Source: Octopus sinensis
Taxonomy: Eukaryota
Direction: 5' to 3'
DNA length: 56,213 nucleotides
NCBI RefSeq assembly: GCF_006345805.1
Contig: NW_021833960.1
Span: 1 to 56,213, forward strand
Shown: one piece after another, positions 24,551 through 37,989 of the stretch
How the letters are laid out: each line of letters opens with the position of its first letter
Position numbering within the stretch: the stretch's first letter is position 1
Position numbers and translations under genes: made by a program
The notes under the pieces: generated by a model
What the model was told of the DNA's origin: nothing
What the model saw: the letters and a program-made list of their open reading frames with translations, nothing else
The model's database searches: none

Positions 24551-24644
24551 AAACAACAAACAAGATGAGGACAAATATCCGTCAAATGTAAATAATGTAA
24601 ATATCATAAATAATGTACATAATCCCTCATCTCTTAAATATAGC

Positions 24645-24819
24645 GGGGTTCACCACCAGCCCCGCCGGAGCCTCGTGGAGCTTAGGTGTTTTTGCTCAAT
24701 GAACACTCACAATGCACGGGCTGGGAATCGAAACCGCGTTCTTACGACCGCGAGTCCTCTGCCCTAACTACTGGGCCATTGCGCCTCCACTCGTGCTGTT
24801 TCTGCCAGCTCGCCGCCTT
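24645..24819 (-). mobile_element. SINE C 5' part abutting a SINE B head fragment
   Basis: C head 24645-24790 and B head 24797-24819, both reverse complement. Confidence 0.85.
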
Positions 24820-25379
24820 CCCTGTATAATATATTGTATGAAAAATGTCGATCAACTGAGATAATTCAAGCGGTTAGTCGAAAATCTCCCTCTCGGTGTG
24901 TTTAAAATCTTAAAAAAAACAACAAGGGACATAGCTTTAATAAAATAGGGACATGTCCTGCTAGTTTTTAGATAATATAGATACTGTCGATAGGGAGCAT
25001 CACCCGTTGTTTTTAAAGCAAACATCTCGTCCCATCTGTTTCGTTTAATCGTTTTAGTTATCTAATCTTAACGAATTGTCGAACTTGTTCATTACTTTTT
25101 TTTTAATTTTTAGATTTTAGAGTTTCATATTTTTAGATTTAAGTTTTTTCGATTGTCGAAGAGAGAGAGGGTCGTCTATTAACTGCAAGGATAACATCTT
25201 TTAATGAAAGGTTTTCATCTCACTATACTACATACTAAATTTATTTGCATTTAGTTAGCAGAAGGCTTCCCTTGTCGATTATATTTTTAGTTAAATAGAT
25301 AGATAATTAAGTAGATAGGTAGACAGGTAGATTGATAGATAAGATACATTGATGGGCATGCAGGTAGAAACGAACAGAG

Positions 25380-25421
25380 ATATAGATAGACAGATAGATA
25401 GACAGATAGGTAGACAGATAA

Positions 25422-25508
<87 letters not shown>
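25380..25508. repeat. (GATA)n microsatellite
   Basis: Directly visible. Confidence 0.95.
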
Positions 25509-26541
25509 CCGTGTCACCACAAAGCCATAATTATTTCTTGTGAATGTATGACCCATGCCGTGACCGTAATTATGATAATGCGTTTCAGTGAGTGTCATGA
25601 GAGGGGCTAAAAATCAAGCTAGGAGTTCGGATCCAGAGCGTAACAAAATGCATTTTAAGCCTCGAATGTTGCCGACTCTTTGACCAAAGGTCACTGATCA
25701 TGTTGTGGTTGAATGAACTTCATTCAGAAATACTTTCATGTAGAGACACAAGCCAATAGTTAGAAACGATAAAAACTGTGGTGTGAACCGCGTGGGCGAT
25801 GCTGGTAGGTTCTTTGTTTAAAAATTTAATTTTCTTGTTTATTTCTTATTGTTTATTTAGTTTCATATTTTCTTTTTATTTCAGTCGAATTCATTTACTA
25901 AAGGTTGGTACTTACTTTTACACGTTGAGAAGTGTAGGAAGTTGTGATATTCATGCCCTCATCGAGAACATTAAATGCGTAAAAGGAAACAGGAGTTTAA
26001 CGTTTGCCCCTTTGGGCCCTTCGGAGTAGATTAAATCGATAGGATTGCTATAGATTTGATGAAGAATCGAAACCGGTCCGTAGACTTGCCCAGCACGTGT
26101 TCATTCCTTGCTCATTACCAATTGGCAATACGAATTATTTGTTAGCAGAAATCGATATCAGATCAATTATTTTATGTGGTGGGCGGGTGGTACTAAGAAA
26201 CATTTTCACTTGATTGGAAACTTTTTATTTTTTTACCGCGCAGGGTTGAAAGGCGAAGTTGGCCTTGACGAGATTCGATCTCTCTTCAACCGATTTTGTC
26301 CTCACCAATTTGATGTTTGCAATCTATGGTTATTTGTAGGAAATATGTATGAATAACTAAATGGATCTCCGTAAATGACAGGTATTTACATTTTTATCGA
26401 GCTGGGTAAGAAGAAAAGTGAACCCCTCAGCCCACAGCCCCAGTAAAATTAGGAAAATAAAGGCCCAATTGAAGCGTCTCTAACCATTTTAGTTATCCTT
26501 AAAACCCTTAGAAATAAAAACATGAAATATGATCCCGAACA

Positions 26542-26770
26542 CAGCGGTGAGCTGGTGGAATCGTTAGCACGCTGGGCAAAATGCTTAGCGGCATTTCGTC
26601 GGTGTTTACGTTCTGAGTTCAAATTCCGCCGAGGTCGACTTTGCCTTCTATCTCTTCGGGGTCGATAAAATAAGTACCAGTTGAGTACTGGGGTCGATGT
26701 AATCCATTTTCATTCCTTCCCGAACTTATTGGCCTTGTGCCAAATTGTGGGACCAATAATTATGATTTCG
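26542..26770 (+). mobile_element. SINE family B
   Basis: Family B head, body and tail. Confidence 0.9.
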
Positions 26771-26958
26771 AACAGAATTACAAAATCTAAAAATTCTTTG
26801 AAAAGGTGCAGTCGATTATATCGATCTCCAAAACCTAATCGATATTTATCGAAAGGAAAAGTCAACCTCAGCGGGATTTGCAATCAGCACATTAAGTAAC
26901 GTAACTAAAAATCACAGACTCTTTCTAGTTGTCGCTCTCCTGATTCTACCATTTACCT

Positions 26959-27344
26959 GTGGAGACGCAATGGCCCAGTGGTTAGGGCAGCGGACTCGCA
27001 GTCGTAGGATCGCGGTTTCGATTCCCAGACCGGGCGTTGTGAGTGTTTATTGAGCGAAAACACCTAAAAGCTCCACGAGGCTCCGGCAGGGGATGGTGGT
27101 GATCCCTGCTGTACTCTTTCACCACAACTTTCTCTCACTCTTACTTCCTGTTTCTGTTGTACCTGTATTTCAAAGGGCCGGCCGTGTCACTCTCTGTGTC
27201 ACGCTGAATATCCCCGAGAACTACGTTAAGGGTACACGTGTCTGTGGAGTGCTCAGCCACTTACACGTTAATTTCACGAGCAGGGTGTTCCGTTGATTCG
27301 GATCAACCGGAACCCTCGTCGTCGTAACCGACGGAGTGCTTCCA
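26959..27344 (+). mobile_element. SINE family C, full length with TSD
   Basis: 11-bp TSD taccatttacc (26947-26957, 27345-27355). Confidence 0.95.
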
Positions 27345-27509
27345 TACCATTTACCCCCATTGTCCCTCTTTTTCGACACCAAAGAGTTTGGTTGATAATA
27401 TTTTATCGATTTTAACAGAAAGGTGAAAGACAATGGTGACGGAATTGAGCTGAAAACATAAAGAACTGCATCTAAAAACGGCAACTCTGTTGATTCTGTT
27501 ATCGGTCAT

Positions 27510-27722
27510 TACCTATTTCTTTACTACCCACAAGAAAGGACAGACAAACGGATTAAGTCGATTACATCGACCCCAGTGTGTAACTGGTACTTAATTTATC
27601 GACACCGAAAGGATGAAAGGCAAAGTCGACCTCGGCAGAATTTGAACTCAGAACGTAATGGCAGACAAAATACGACTACACATTTCGCCCGGTGTGCTAA
27701 CGTTTCTGCCAGCTCGCCGTTA
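27510..27722 (-). mobile_element. SINE family B
   Basis: Reverse complement of the consensus. Further decayed B-like pieces lie at about 26200-26300, 26800-26900, 28160-28310 and 28700-28900. Confidence 0.9.
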
Positions 27723-28973
27723 TTTCTAAAACTGGCATCAGTTCAAGAATCTGATGGAGCAGAGGGTTGTTGACTGAAGAGCCTCGAGTGTTGACTGCTG
27801 TTTTATTTCATCAAACATGGAAGGAAAGAACGGTAAAATTGAACTCGGACTATATGGAGTCAGACAGTAAAGAGGCGGAACAAATATCACAAGATCTGAC
27901 GTGTTAATGATTTCTGATACAGTGTCACAAATTTGTGGGAGGGCACTATCGACCAAAGTACATGACTGTTACCTTATTTTATGGTCTTTGGAAGGATGAA
28001 AAACAAAACTGGCCTAAACCGAGTTTGAACCCGGAAACGAAAAGTGCTATAAGCAAACATCACCAAACATTTTGTCCGACACTCTACCGATTCTACCAAG
28101 GAATATCTAACTTTGGCACACGACCACAAATTTCCCGAGAGAAGACACAGTCAATTTAATTCAGCGCAGCATTCGCTTGTTATTTATTTTATCGACCATA
28201 GTGGGATAAAAGAGAAAGCCGACTCCGGCGGGAATTGAACTCCAAACGTAAAGGTAGATAAATACCTGAAGGTACTTAATCCATCGCTCCACCGATTATG
28301 CTATCTCATCGTCATTCACTCCCCATTACCATTCATTGATAATAGCAGTTCCTAAACTTGGCACAGCGTCAGAATGGAGTGGCGGGGTGGGGGTGAGAGG
28401 GGGGTAATCTCCATTTAAATGATATCCCCACCCCCATCCAAGGCACACACATAACGGGTGTTTATTTTATCGATCCTGGGGGATGCCCAGCTAAAGTTGG
28501 CCCGGTAGATTTGATCCCAGAATGCAAAACTATCTTATGATGATGGTGACGATGGTGAGGATTGCTTTTTGTTGGTGACGTTGATGATGATGATGATGAT
28601 GAAGTTGATGATGATGATTAATTTTCGTGCTATAGTAAGACACAATAATGTTTGTGGTGTAGGTCATGGTTGGGCAGTCTAATTATCAATAACTGGTAAG
28701 TTGAAATTAAGGTGGTGAGTTGGCAGAGTGGTTAGGATGTCTTATAAATACTTTTATAGCGGGTCTCCGTACGTTGAGTTCAAATCCTACCCGCATGCAT
28801 TTTTCTTTGCAGATCAATAAAAAAAGCACCAGTCATGTACTAATAGATTGGTATCCTCCTCCTCTACCCCTCTCTCTTTTTACACCGTGGGAAGGATCGT
28901 GGGGCCCATTCACAGCACTTGTGTCTCCAAAAATGGATAAGATTCGAACGAGATGCCAAAACCTGATCTGATA

Positions 28974-29366
28974 CTCTTTACTCTTTTACTCTTTTACTTG
29001 TTTCAGTCATTTGACTGCGGCCATGCTGGAGCACCGCCTTTAGTCGAGCAAATCGACCCCGGGACTTATTCTTTGTAAGCCCAGTACTTATTCTATCGGT
29101 CTCTTTTGCCAAACCGCTAAGTGACGGGGACGTAAACACACCAGCATCGGTTGTCAAGCAATGCTAGGGGGACAAACACAAACACACACACATACACATA
29201 TATACATATATACGACAGGCTTCTTTCAGTTTCCGTCTACCAAATCCACTCACAAGGCATTGGTCGGCCCGGGGCTATAGCAGAAGACACTTGCCCAAGA
29301 TGCCACGCAGTGGGACTGAACCCGGAACCATGTGGTCGGTTAGCAAGCTACTTACCACACAGCCAC
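28974..29366 (-). mobile_element. SINE family A, near full length
   Basis: Reverse complement of the consensus with an (AAAGAGT)n tail. Confidence 0.95.
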
Positions 29367-30021
29367 TTCTATACTGGATCTATTCAAGGACAAATCGATG
29401 CACGGCTCTAAAATAATGAAGAAAGAAAGAGAGCAATGTTCCTATAGCTAAAAAGAAATTGTTAAGAAATTGAATCCTTGAAGGACAACATAAGCAAGAA
29501 AAATAAATGTGAGGGTTAAGATAATTAATTTAGTGAGGTTTAAAAGGCTAAATGGAAATAATCGTTGTTGAGAAAGCGCAGAAGACAAATGCGGAAGGTT
29601 TTCCTCTTTCTTCGTGTCATTCAGCCAAAGACAGCTTTCCCCGTCCATGCAAAAGAAGTGCTGGAACAATCGTTAAATAAATATAACAAATTGAACATTG
29701 ATTGATGGATGTAAAATGAAGTGGTTAGAAAATTAAATGACAATTTCTGAAATTTGGGTTGAAGGTCACACATTTCATTTGAAAGATACTGTGAAATACA
29801 GTCAACACAGGGGGCAAAATATAATGTAGAGCTTTTCTTTTCGAAAATAGAAAAAAAGGAGAAAAATAAAATTCCGATCAAAAGGGATCGTGAGAAAAGA
29901 AAAACAATCGAAAGGGATCATGTATCACAGAAACTATTAAAAATGTAAAAAACAAGATTAGGTTTATCCGTGGAAAGAAAAACCTACGGAAAAGACCACG
30001 GTAATTTCAGGCAGGGAGCAA

Positions 30022-30064
<43 letters not shown>

Positions 30065-30074
30065 GATTTACAGG

Positions 30075-30400
30075 TAAGTATTTGTCTTGCCTTTCGCTTG
30101 AGTCCACCACACACATTCTTTCACCATGGCCACCAGTACGATGAAGACTGCCTTGCCGTCCCGGTTGAGGGAAAGCGGTGGAGCAATTGTCAAGATAGAC
30201 TCGGACAACAGGCGGACTCATCCCACACGTGACAGCAGCCGTTCGGTATAAGCCCACAAGTCCGAAATGGTTGGACACTCCAAGAGTGCGTGCAGAACGG
30301 TTTCGTCGCTCTGACCGCATCTCGGACAAGTCGGTCCGGTGTGTCTCGAATCGTGCCTGTAGAGCTTATCCTGAACAGGTAATGCTTCTCGATAGCACTG
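30075..30400 (-). mobile_element. L1/Tx1-clade LINE ORF2 C-terminal fragment (CCHC zinc knuckle)
   Basis: Minus-strand translation ALPVQDKLYRH...TCPRCGQSDETVLHALLECPTISDLW...KAVFIVLVAMVKECVWW (one stop), the zf-RVT-type CxxC-x7-H-x4-C motif. Confidence 0.8.
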
Positions 30401-30764
30401 CCAGGCCAGATATATATATATATATATATTGATAGATAGATAAATAGATAGGCTGATATAGACATATATATCTTATTAGCCGGTGTTTTTCAAACGATGA
30501 ATAGCTTTGTGTAAATCATGGTCCGTTTTGTTCTCTTACTTTATTATCATCTTATAAACATCTCATAATAATGACTTTTATGACTCATATTACTACCTCA
30601 GTCAATCTAAATGTATATATTTGTCGTTACCTGTGATAAATAGCCTTTTTTTTATTTGCAATGTGCATTTTCGTTGATTTTTCATATTTTACCCTAACAT
30701 TTCCACGTGTATTTTATATTTTCTTTTTGTAACATATTTCTACTATATGTATATATACAGAGAG

Positions 30765-30791
30765 AGAGAGAGAGAGAGAGAGAAAAATAGT

Positions 30792-30862
<71 letters not shown>

Positions 30863-30870
30863 ATAGAAAA

Positions 30871-30901
<31 letters not shown>

Positions 30902-30977
30902 TATATATATAGATAGATAGATAGTTAGATAGATAGATATATAGATAGATTAGGACAGATAGATAGATTAGATAGAT

Positions 30978-31024
<47 letters not shown>

Positions 31025-31064
31025 GGATGGATATTAATATATATATATATATATTATAATATAT

Positions 31065-31139
<75 letters not shown>

Positions 31140-31140
31140 T
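30765..31140. repeat. (GA)n/(GATA)n microsatellite
   Basis: Directly visible. Confidence 0.95.
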
Positions 31141-31594
31141 CTGCAGCTCTCACCGTAGCTAGAAAGCTAATAAGATAAGAATCTAATTGTCCCGTTATTC
31201 TTTTAAGAATCTATTGACTACATTGTTCTGAACATGTCATGAACTTTTCAGTCAGTCACTACGAAATTAACAAAAAAAAAAAAAACAGCATATTGTATAA
31301 GACCACTGATCAAATGGGAGCAGCAGGGGGTCGGGGATATATGAAACGGCGACGGTAGTTAATGTCAACTATTGTTAATTACAAAGTGGGAATCGAGGGA
31401 AATCAAGTGTTTGAAAATGGAGAGCCATCCATTGGCCCCAGAAGGTAGTTTTTCAAGCTTTTTTTTCTTTTTCTCTTTAGTTACAAGTTCATTTTTCATT
31501 CTTCGTAGTGAAAGGTAAATTTTTCTAATAATGTTTCTAATTTAAATAAATGCATGAATATTTAAATATATTTTAATGATTTTATAATTGGCTT

Positions 31595-31800
31595 TATATT
31601 TTGGCACGAGGCCAGCAACTTTGGTGAAGAGGTAAGTCGAATACATCGACCCCAGTGCTAAACTGGTACTTCTTTTATCACGCCCGAAAGAATGAAAGGC
31701 AAAGTCGACTTCGGTGGAATTTGATTCCCGAACGTAAATACGGACGAAATGCTTCTAAGTATTTTGCCTGACATATTGGCGATTTTGCTAATTACCAGCC
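31595..31800 (-). mobile_element. SINE family B (diverged)
   Basis: Reverse complement of the consensus. Confidence 0.85.
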
Positions 31801-31968
31801 TCATTTGTTAATTTTAATGATACATGCGCAAACACACTAGAAAAAAAGTATGAATAAATAAGAAATAAATAACAAACAACATTTTCTAAAAACAAAACTT
31901 ATTTTGAATTTAAATATAAAAAATGAATATTAAATTAAGTTGAATAATGAATTAAATAAGTATACGAA

Positions 31969-32270
31969 TGTGGAGGCATATGGCCTAGTGGTTAGAGCAG
32001 TGGTCTCGCGGTCGAGGGATCGTGGGTTCGAATCTCAGACCGGACGATGTGAGTGTGTTTATGAGCGAAACACCTAAGCCCCACGCGGCTCTGGCAGGAG
32101 GTACGTAATGGCGATTTTCTGCTCGCTCTTTCGCCACAACTTTCTCTCACTCTTTCATCCTGCATCTAGCAGCTCACCTGCGACGGACCGACGTTCAGTC
32201 CAGTCCAGGTGGGGAACGTATACGCCAATGAAACCGGGAATGAGTCGGGCATAGCTCGAGAAGGAACGAC
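31969..32270 (+). mobile_element. SINE C-related subfamily with a different 3' tail
   Basis: Same tRNA-Arg-like head and ccacaactttctctcactc body as family C, but ends in ..gcatagctcgagaaggaac. A C fragment on the minus strand also lies at about 33010-33095. Confidence 0.8.
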
Positions 32271-33484
32271 AGTTAGTTTTCCAATTATTTAAAAATTCAT
32301 CCAAGTAAATAAATGAATATTTAAATATATTAAATAACAGATTTTAAAATATTATAATTGAAAAATATTTAAAATATCATAATTGAAATATATAATTAAA
32401 GGAAAAATAGACAATAACTTGTATATAAAATTTAATTATTAAATAAATCCCCCACAAAATGTAATTTTTAATATAATTCCATTTAAATATCAATCTAGAT
32501 GGCTTAAGGGCTCCTGTTTTATTTAATATCGATGTAAGATTAAAAGACTGCTTTTGGAAAGAAAAGAAAAGAAAAGAAAGTGTGGGGTCCCTAAATTTTG
32601 TCGGCGAGAGTTGTGGTTGCGAGTTGGTTGGTTGAGGGTACTGTCAGCATCAAAGGGGCTAATAAACCCCTGAAACGATTTTAAGCATTAAGGGCACTGA
32701 AATTATTTGAAAACTGAATCTCGAAGAGCATGGCTAATTTAAGACATAAAATTACTAATTTCCAATCAAATATCGATGCAATATCAATTCATATTCACCA
32801 AATATTAAGGCAGCGATCGATTTACTCCACCCGAAATTGCTGGCCTGGTGCCAAAATCTGAAATGAATATTTGCTGCTGCTGTTTGTTTGTTTGTTGAAC
32901 GAAGCGGTCTTCGTCCCATTAGTAGAAGTCCGAAACGTGGTCCTTTGCTATTCCGACGGATGGGTGAATGCGCATCCAGGTTCAGCGGTTGCGTAGGAAG
33001 TCGGGGACAAGAAACAGGAAGAAAGAGTGAGAGAAAGTTGGAGCGAAAGAGTTCAACAGGGGTCGCCACCCCCACCCCTGCCGGAGCCTCGTGGATGCTG
33101 CTGTTGCTGCTATCATAATTTCCTTCTAAGCCCCGCGCCGCCACCTGTCATTTCAAACCGTATTACACACCCGATAAACGAATCGTTTCCTCAAACAGGA
33201 CGAATTGTTATGCTGCAGGTGGGCCAAGAAAGCAATCACCGAGCTTCATTTAAACATATTTCATCTTCTCAGTGTAATACGCAGGTGGAAATGGCGACTA
33301 CAGGCTCTCTGGGTTGGCAACGGTGATCAGGGAGTTTGTTCTTTCACAAAAATTGTGGGGACAAACAACACCCGGCTTCTGTTCCCGTGGGAATGTCTTT
33401 GTCTTTCCGCTCTGCATATTCAAATTAGCACCTGCTTAGACCTGCATATAATCATTTCTTAAATATAGCCACGAAACATATATA

Positions 33485-33733
33485 CATGGTGTTCAAAAAG
33501 TCTCTCCGCAGTAAGTATTTTATCGCAGGATATGGTATAAGACTACAAAAGAATATACTAGACTTTACAAGACTTTAAAAAACTTTATAAGAAGTGTTGA
33601 AAGTGTCGTCCTTCATTTTCAATACACAAGTTGACTCTTCTACACATGTTTTGAAACACATCTTGGAGAGTCTGACTCTGGGGGAGTAAGGATGAAAAGA
33701 AATTCACTGCGGAGAGACTTTTTGAATATCCTA
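33485..33733 (-). mobile_element. Tc1/mariner-superfamily MITE / deletion derivative (maT/rosa-like)
   Basis: 28-bp imperfect TIRs (33485-33512, 33706-33733) with TA on both sides; minus-strand remnant VFQNMCRRVNLCIENEGRHFQHFL* is typical of DD37D/DD41D transposase ends. Confidence 0.85.
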
Positions 33734-33739
33734 TATATA

Positions 33740-33900
33740 CAAGGTCGGCCAAAAGTCACCCGACAGTAAATCAAAATTCCATAAATACTTAATATTCAAT
33801 TTTATTCATTCATTCCAATTATGAACAATATACAGCAAATTATATGATGGTAGAAAATATACCTATCATAGTTGTATGGCTTTTTAAAAGGCCTCTAATG
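33740..33900. mobile_element. Probable single end of another Tc1/mariner element
   Basis: TA followed by caaggtcggccaaaagtcacccgacagt; no matching partner TIR seen. Confidence 0.4.
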
Positions 33901-34164
33901 TTGGAAGGGGAAAAGAGAAGAAGAGAGCTTGAATAATGGATTGTCATCCACAGACCATAGAGCTCGGCCAAGCACATGCAACCGTGATAGTAAAGGCCCT
34001 CAAAGACCAGCTGGTCGAGTTAACCTGGGCAGTGGATTTATTGTGTCCCCTATCATACTATACAATTCACCCAAAAGCTTTACAACAGTTTCAGTCGCTC
34101 CCCCCCCCCAGCCCCCGTGTACCTCACAAAGCCTGGGTCGATAGAAGACACTTGCTATCTGCTT

Positions 34165-34400
<236 letters not shown>

Positions 34401-34895
34401 TCTCTCTTTCCGCTTTTTAAAAAACAACAAATGCTTGAAACTTATTCGCCAGTGGACCATAGAGCGAAATATGAGTTTACTTTTCCATATCAAACATCGC
34501 AGGTATAAAGCAGATACTTATACACTGGGTTGAATCTGAAAGGAAATTAAAAGAAACCCCAAAAAACAAATCGAAAAATAAAAAGAAAACTCCTTTGATT
34601 ATCAGTCATGCGTTGTGTATAAGTTTTTATCTAGAATTTGAATCGCTAAACTTATGGAAGCACTAGAGTTTCATATACAAAAAAACATTTGTTTTTGTTT
34701 CGTGATGTGTTCGTATATTATCATCTCTTGTATGCGGTTATTGTTATACATAGGTTTATCTCAGTTTGCAATTTTTTCGCTATTCTTATAAGGGATAAAT
34801 AATCGTCTAACCTCGTGCTACTCAAAGTTGATCCTAGTGCCCCCCACCCTGGTGGCGAAGGAAAATTTTATTAAAGACAAAGGAGTACAGTACAT

Positions 34896-35318
34896 AGGCG
34901 CAGGAGTGGCTGTGTGGTAAGTAGCTTGCTAACCAACCACATGGTTCAGGGTTCAGTCCCACTGCGTGGCATCTTGGGCAAGTGTCTTCTGCTATAGCCC
35001 CGGGCCGACCAATGCCTTGTGAGTGGATTTGGTAGACGGAAACTGAAAGAAGCCTGTCGTATATATATATATGTATGTGTGTGTATGTGTTTGTGTGTCT
35101 GTGTTTGTCCCCCTAGCATTGCTTGACAACCGATGCTGGTGTGTTTACGTCCCCGTTACTTAGCGGTTCGGCAAAATAGACCGATAGAATAAGTACTGGG
35201 CTTACAAAAGAATAAGTCCCGGGGTCGAGTTGCTCGATTAAAGGCGGTGCTCCAGCATGGCCGCAGTCAAATGACTGAAACAAGTAAAAGAGTAAAAGAG
35301 TAAAAGAGAGTAAAGAGT
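34896..35318 (+). mobile_element. SINE family A, full length, low divergence
   Basis: Complete head, body and (AAAGAGT)n tail. Confidence 0.95.
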
Positions 35319-35401
35319 AGGGCGACTAATACATTGCTGTAGTATTCTAGTCACTAATCTCTGATCTAAATATTAACTTCAAAATAAGTTATTTAAATGT
35401 A

Positions 35402-35938
35402 TTGGGTTGTCCGGAAAGTTCGTGCCGATTTTTAAAGGAAAGAAAAAGGTCAATAAATACTTGCCATTACATTTCTAATCAACCAGATATGAACCATTTT
35501 GTTGCACAATGCGTCTCCATCTTTCCTTTAACTTGAAAATACCCTCTTCCCAGAATTGAGGTGGTTTCATGGCAAAGAATTCATCAAGGTATCTTTTTAA
35601 GTCATCCAAGGAATTGAGACCTGAATAAGTGGAAATCTGAAGGAGCAATATCTGGTGAATATGGAGGATGGGGTAACACATCACAGCCGAGCTGCAGCAA
35701 TTTTTGTCTGGTTCCTAAAGCATCAAGTGCCGAAAATGAACTTTCTTATCTTCCATTTTAAAGGGTTACAAAATTAACACAGGTTATAGGAACACAAACC
35801 TTCTTCCACGAAAAGATAGCTTAAACTGTGCTCTAAATGGAGGTGTAGTCAAATCCTATTTTATGGACTCAACCATGTTCTAAAATAAGTCGAAAGGTAA
35901 GCTACTATAAATCGGCATGGACTTTCCGGACAACCCAG
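35402..35938 (-). mobile_element. Internally deleted mariner (DD34D) element
   Basis: About 30-bp TIRs TTGGGTTGTCCGGAAAGT.. with TA TSD; minus strand encodes MEDKKVHFRHLML joined to DVLPHPPYSPDIAPSDFHLF...FWEEGIFKLKERWRRIVQQNGSY. Confidence 0.93.
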
Positions 35939-35957
35939 TAATATTCGTAGCCACTTT

Positions 35958-36081
35958 ATGGCTGTCGGTTCGAACGGACTCTGCTGCGGTTTTTTAACTC
36001 CTCTGGCTAGTTAACGATGCAGAGGAAATGTCCTCTTGGGGTTAAAAAATCGCAGTAGAGCCCGTTCGAAGGGACAGCCAT
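35958..36081. other. 124-bp hairpin element (MITE-like)
   Basis: About 44-bp arms atggctgtc..ttaac / gttaa..gacagccat with about 6 mismatches; internal hairpin agagg-aaatgt-cctct. Confidence 0.8.
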
Positions 36082-36148
36082 CTTAAAGTGGTTACGGATA
36101 TTACTTGTCAGTACAACTACTGCGTTGATCTCTTAAGGTTATTGAAAT

Positions 36149-36350
36149 GTGTTTAGCCCCTTGTGGTAGTAAAGAAATGGGTGTTTAGTCTGCCGCTACG
36201 TTCTGAGTTCAAATTCCGCCAAGGTCGACTTTGCCTTTCATCCTTTTGGGCTCGATTAAATAAGTACCAGTTACGCACTGGGGTCGATATAATCGACTGG
36301 CTCCCTCCCCCCAAATTTCGAGCCATTGTGCCTAGAGTAGAAAAGAATAT
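36149..36350 (+). mobile_element. Permuted/chimeric SINE B (3' tail joined to internal body)
   Basis: Starts with the tail gtttagccccttgtggtagtaaagaaat, then continues in the body at ..gtctgccgctacgttctgag. Confidence 0.85.
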
Positions 36351-36519
36351 TTTGTGGGGTCGTTTAATTCTGATAAAGGGGGCATTGGCATAACGCTTGT
36401 AATGGAGAGGAAATGATAGTAAAAAAGTAAATATTCAAGAACCAATGATTCTTGGATTTACCATCAATAAATAATGGTTCCATTCTTTCTTGCATCTTAC
36501 CATTTCTCTAATTCTTGCT

Positions 36520-36895
36520 CTTATTTCTTTTATGGCTTTTTTTATTACAATTCTCTCTCTTTTTCTTTCTTTCACTCTCCCTCTCTCTCCCACTCTCCTT
36601 CTTTCTTTCACCCTCCCTCTGTCTCCCATTCTCCCTCTCTCTCCCTCTCATTCCTTCTACCTCTTTCTGCATCCCGTCTCTCCCCCTCCTCTTCTCTCCT
36701 GTTCCCTCCCATCTCTCTCTACTCCACCACACCCCCTTCTGTCTTCTCTTCTTTCTCCTCCATCTCTCCCTCCCTCCCTCCCTCCCTCCTTTCTCCCCTT
36801 CTCTCTCTTCCCTAGCTCTTTCTCTCTCTCCCTCTCTCCAGCTCTCCGTCCCCTCCTTACTTCCAGCCCAGCCCTCCCTCCCTCTCTCCTCCATT
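36520..36895. repeat. Polypyrimidine (CT-rich) low-complexity tract
   Basis: Directly visible; a similar tract lies at 55318-55675. Confidence 0.9.
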
Positions 36896-36999
36896 GATCA
36901 CAAACGAACCACACATTTGCACTGTCACTACGAAGATAACACGAGAAATTGTAAACAACATATCACGCCCTGTGTCAGACGATGTCTGCCAGTATGTTG

Positions 37000-37018
37000 A
37001 TGTGTGTATGCGCGCGCA

Positions 37019-37071
<53 letters not shown>

Positions 37072-37153
37072 TATATTCCATACTTACGTTTAATTATACA
37101 CACATGCACACGCGCATAAACATATATACGGGTATATAGGTATATAAAGACAC

Positions 37154-37184
<31 letters not shown>

Positions 37185-37389
37185 CACACACATACGAGCG
37201 CATGTACATACATATATATATATGTATATGTATATGTATATATACATAATATACATATATTTAATAAATGCACAACACACACATATACATACGCACGCAC
37301 ATACATATGTATGTGTATATATATATATTATTTGTATAATATATACATGTATATATGTATATATATATGTATATATACATATATATATG

Positions 37390-37443
<54 letters not shown>

Positions 37444-37830
37444 TATATAATATTCATATACATATATATATACATATAATATGTATTGTATATGTATATA
37501 TATATATCTCACACATATACACATACACGCGCGCGCGCATACACAAAAAAAACACACACACACACACACACACAACACACACACATATATATATTATATA
37601 TATGTGTGTATGTACATGTATATGTGCATACCATTGTTATATGTACTCATTATAATGATATCTACCTCTAAATATAATATGTGTACGAGTCTTTGCGACT
37701 GTCTAACATGTGTGAGTTATGTGTGTGCGTGTGTGTGTGAGTTACGTGTGTGCGTGTGTGTGTGAGTTGTGTGTGTGCGTGTGTGTGTGAGTTGTGTGTG
37801 TGTGCGTGTGTCTATAGACACCATAGCTAT
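37000..37830. repeat. TA/TG/CA compound microsatellite block
   Basis: Directly visible. Confidence 0.9.
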
Positions 37831-37989
37831 CTCTGCGAAGCACGGTGCTAAACAGCTAAAATAACAGTGATATACGTATTAAAACGACATAATTGCTTCA
37901 CACTATTAACCAACGTCCCACACACACACACAGGCACACACACACACACACGCACGCACGCACGCACGCACGCACACAACTGCACACTC

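Larger units (their letters stand above)
24133..24602. mobile_element. Fold-back element: inverted hammerhead-bearing arms around a tRNA-like head plus (AAT/AAC)n
   Basis: Arms about 24133-24270 and 24467-24602; interior tRNA-like sequence at 24276-24351. Confidence 0.85.

Noticed and set aside
26056-26078. Hammerhead-like TTGATGA-agaatc-GAAA-ccgg-UC
   Set aside because: C3 is altered, stem II cannot form a viable loop and there is no stem I pairing; likely chance.
26959-27035. tRNA-Arg(TCG) gene, and similar tRNA-like heads elsewhere
   Set aside because: The heads continue into SINE bodies bounded by TSDs and do not form complete cloverleaves.
30073-30385. Plus-strand host exon(s) with GT donors, or a selenocysteine read-through frame
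   Set aside because: Fully explained as the antisense of a Tx1/L1 ORF2 zinc-knuckle fragment on the minus strand.
34836-34856. CTCF-like site AGTGCCCCC(CACCC)TGGTGGC
   Set aside because: Needs a 5-nt insertion or three mismatches to fit; isolated.
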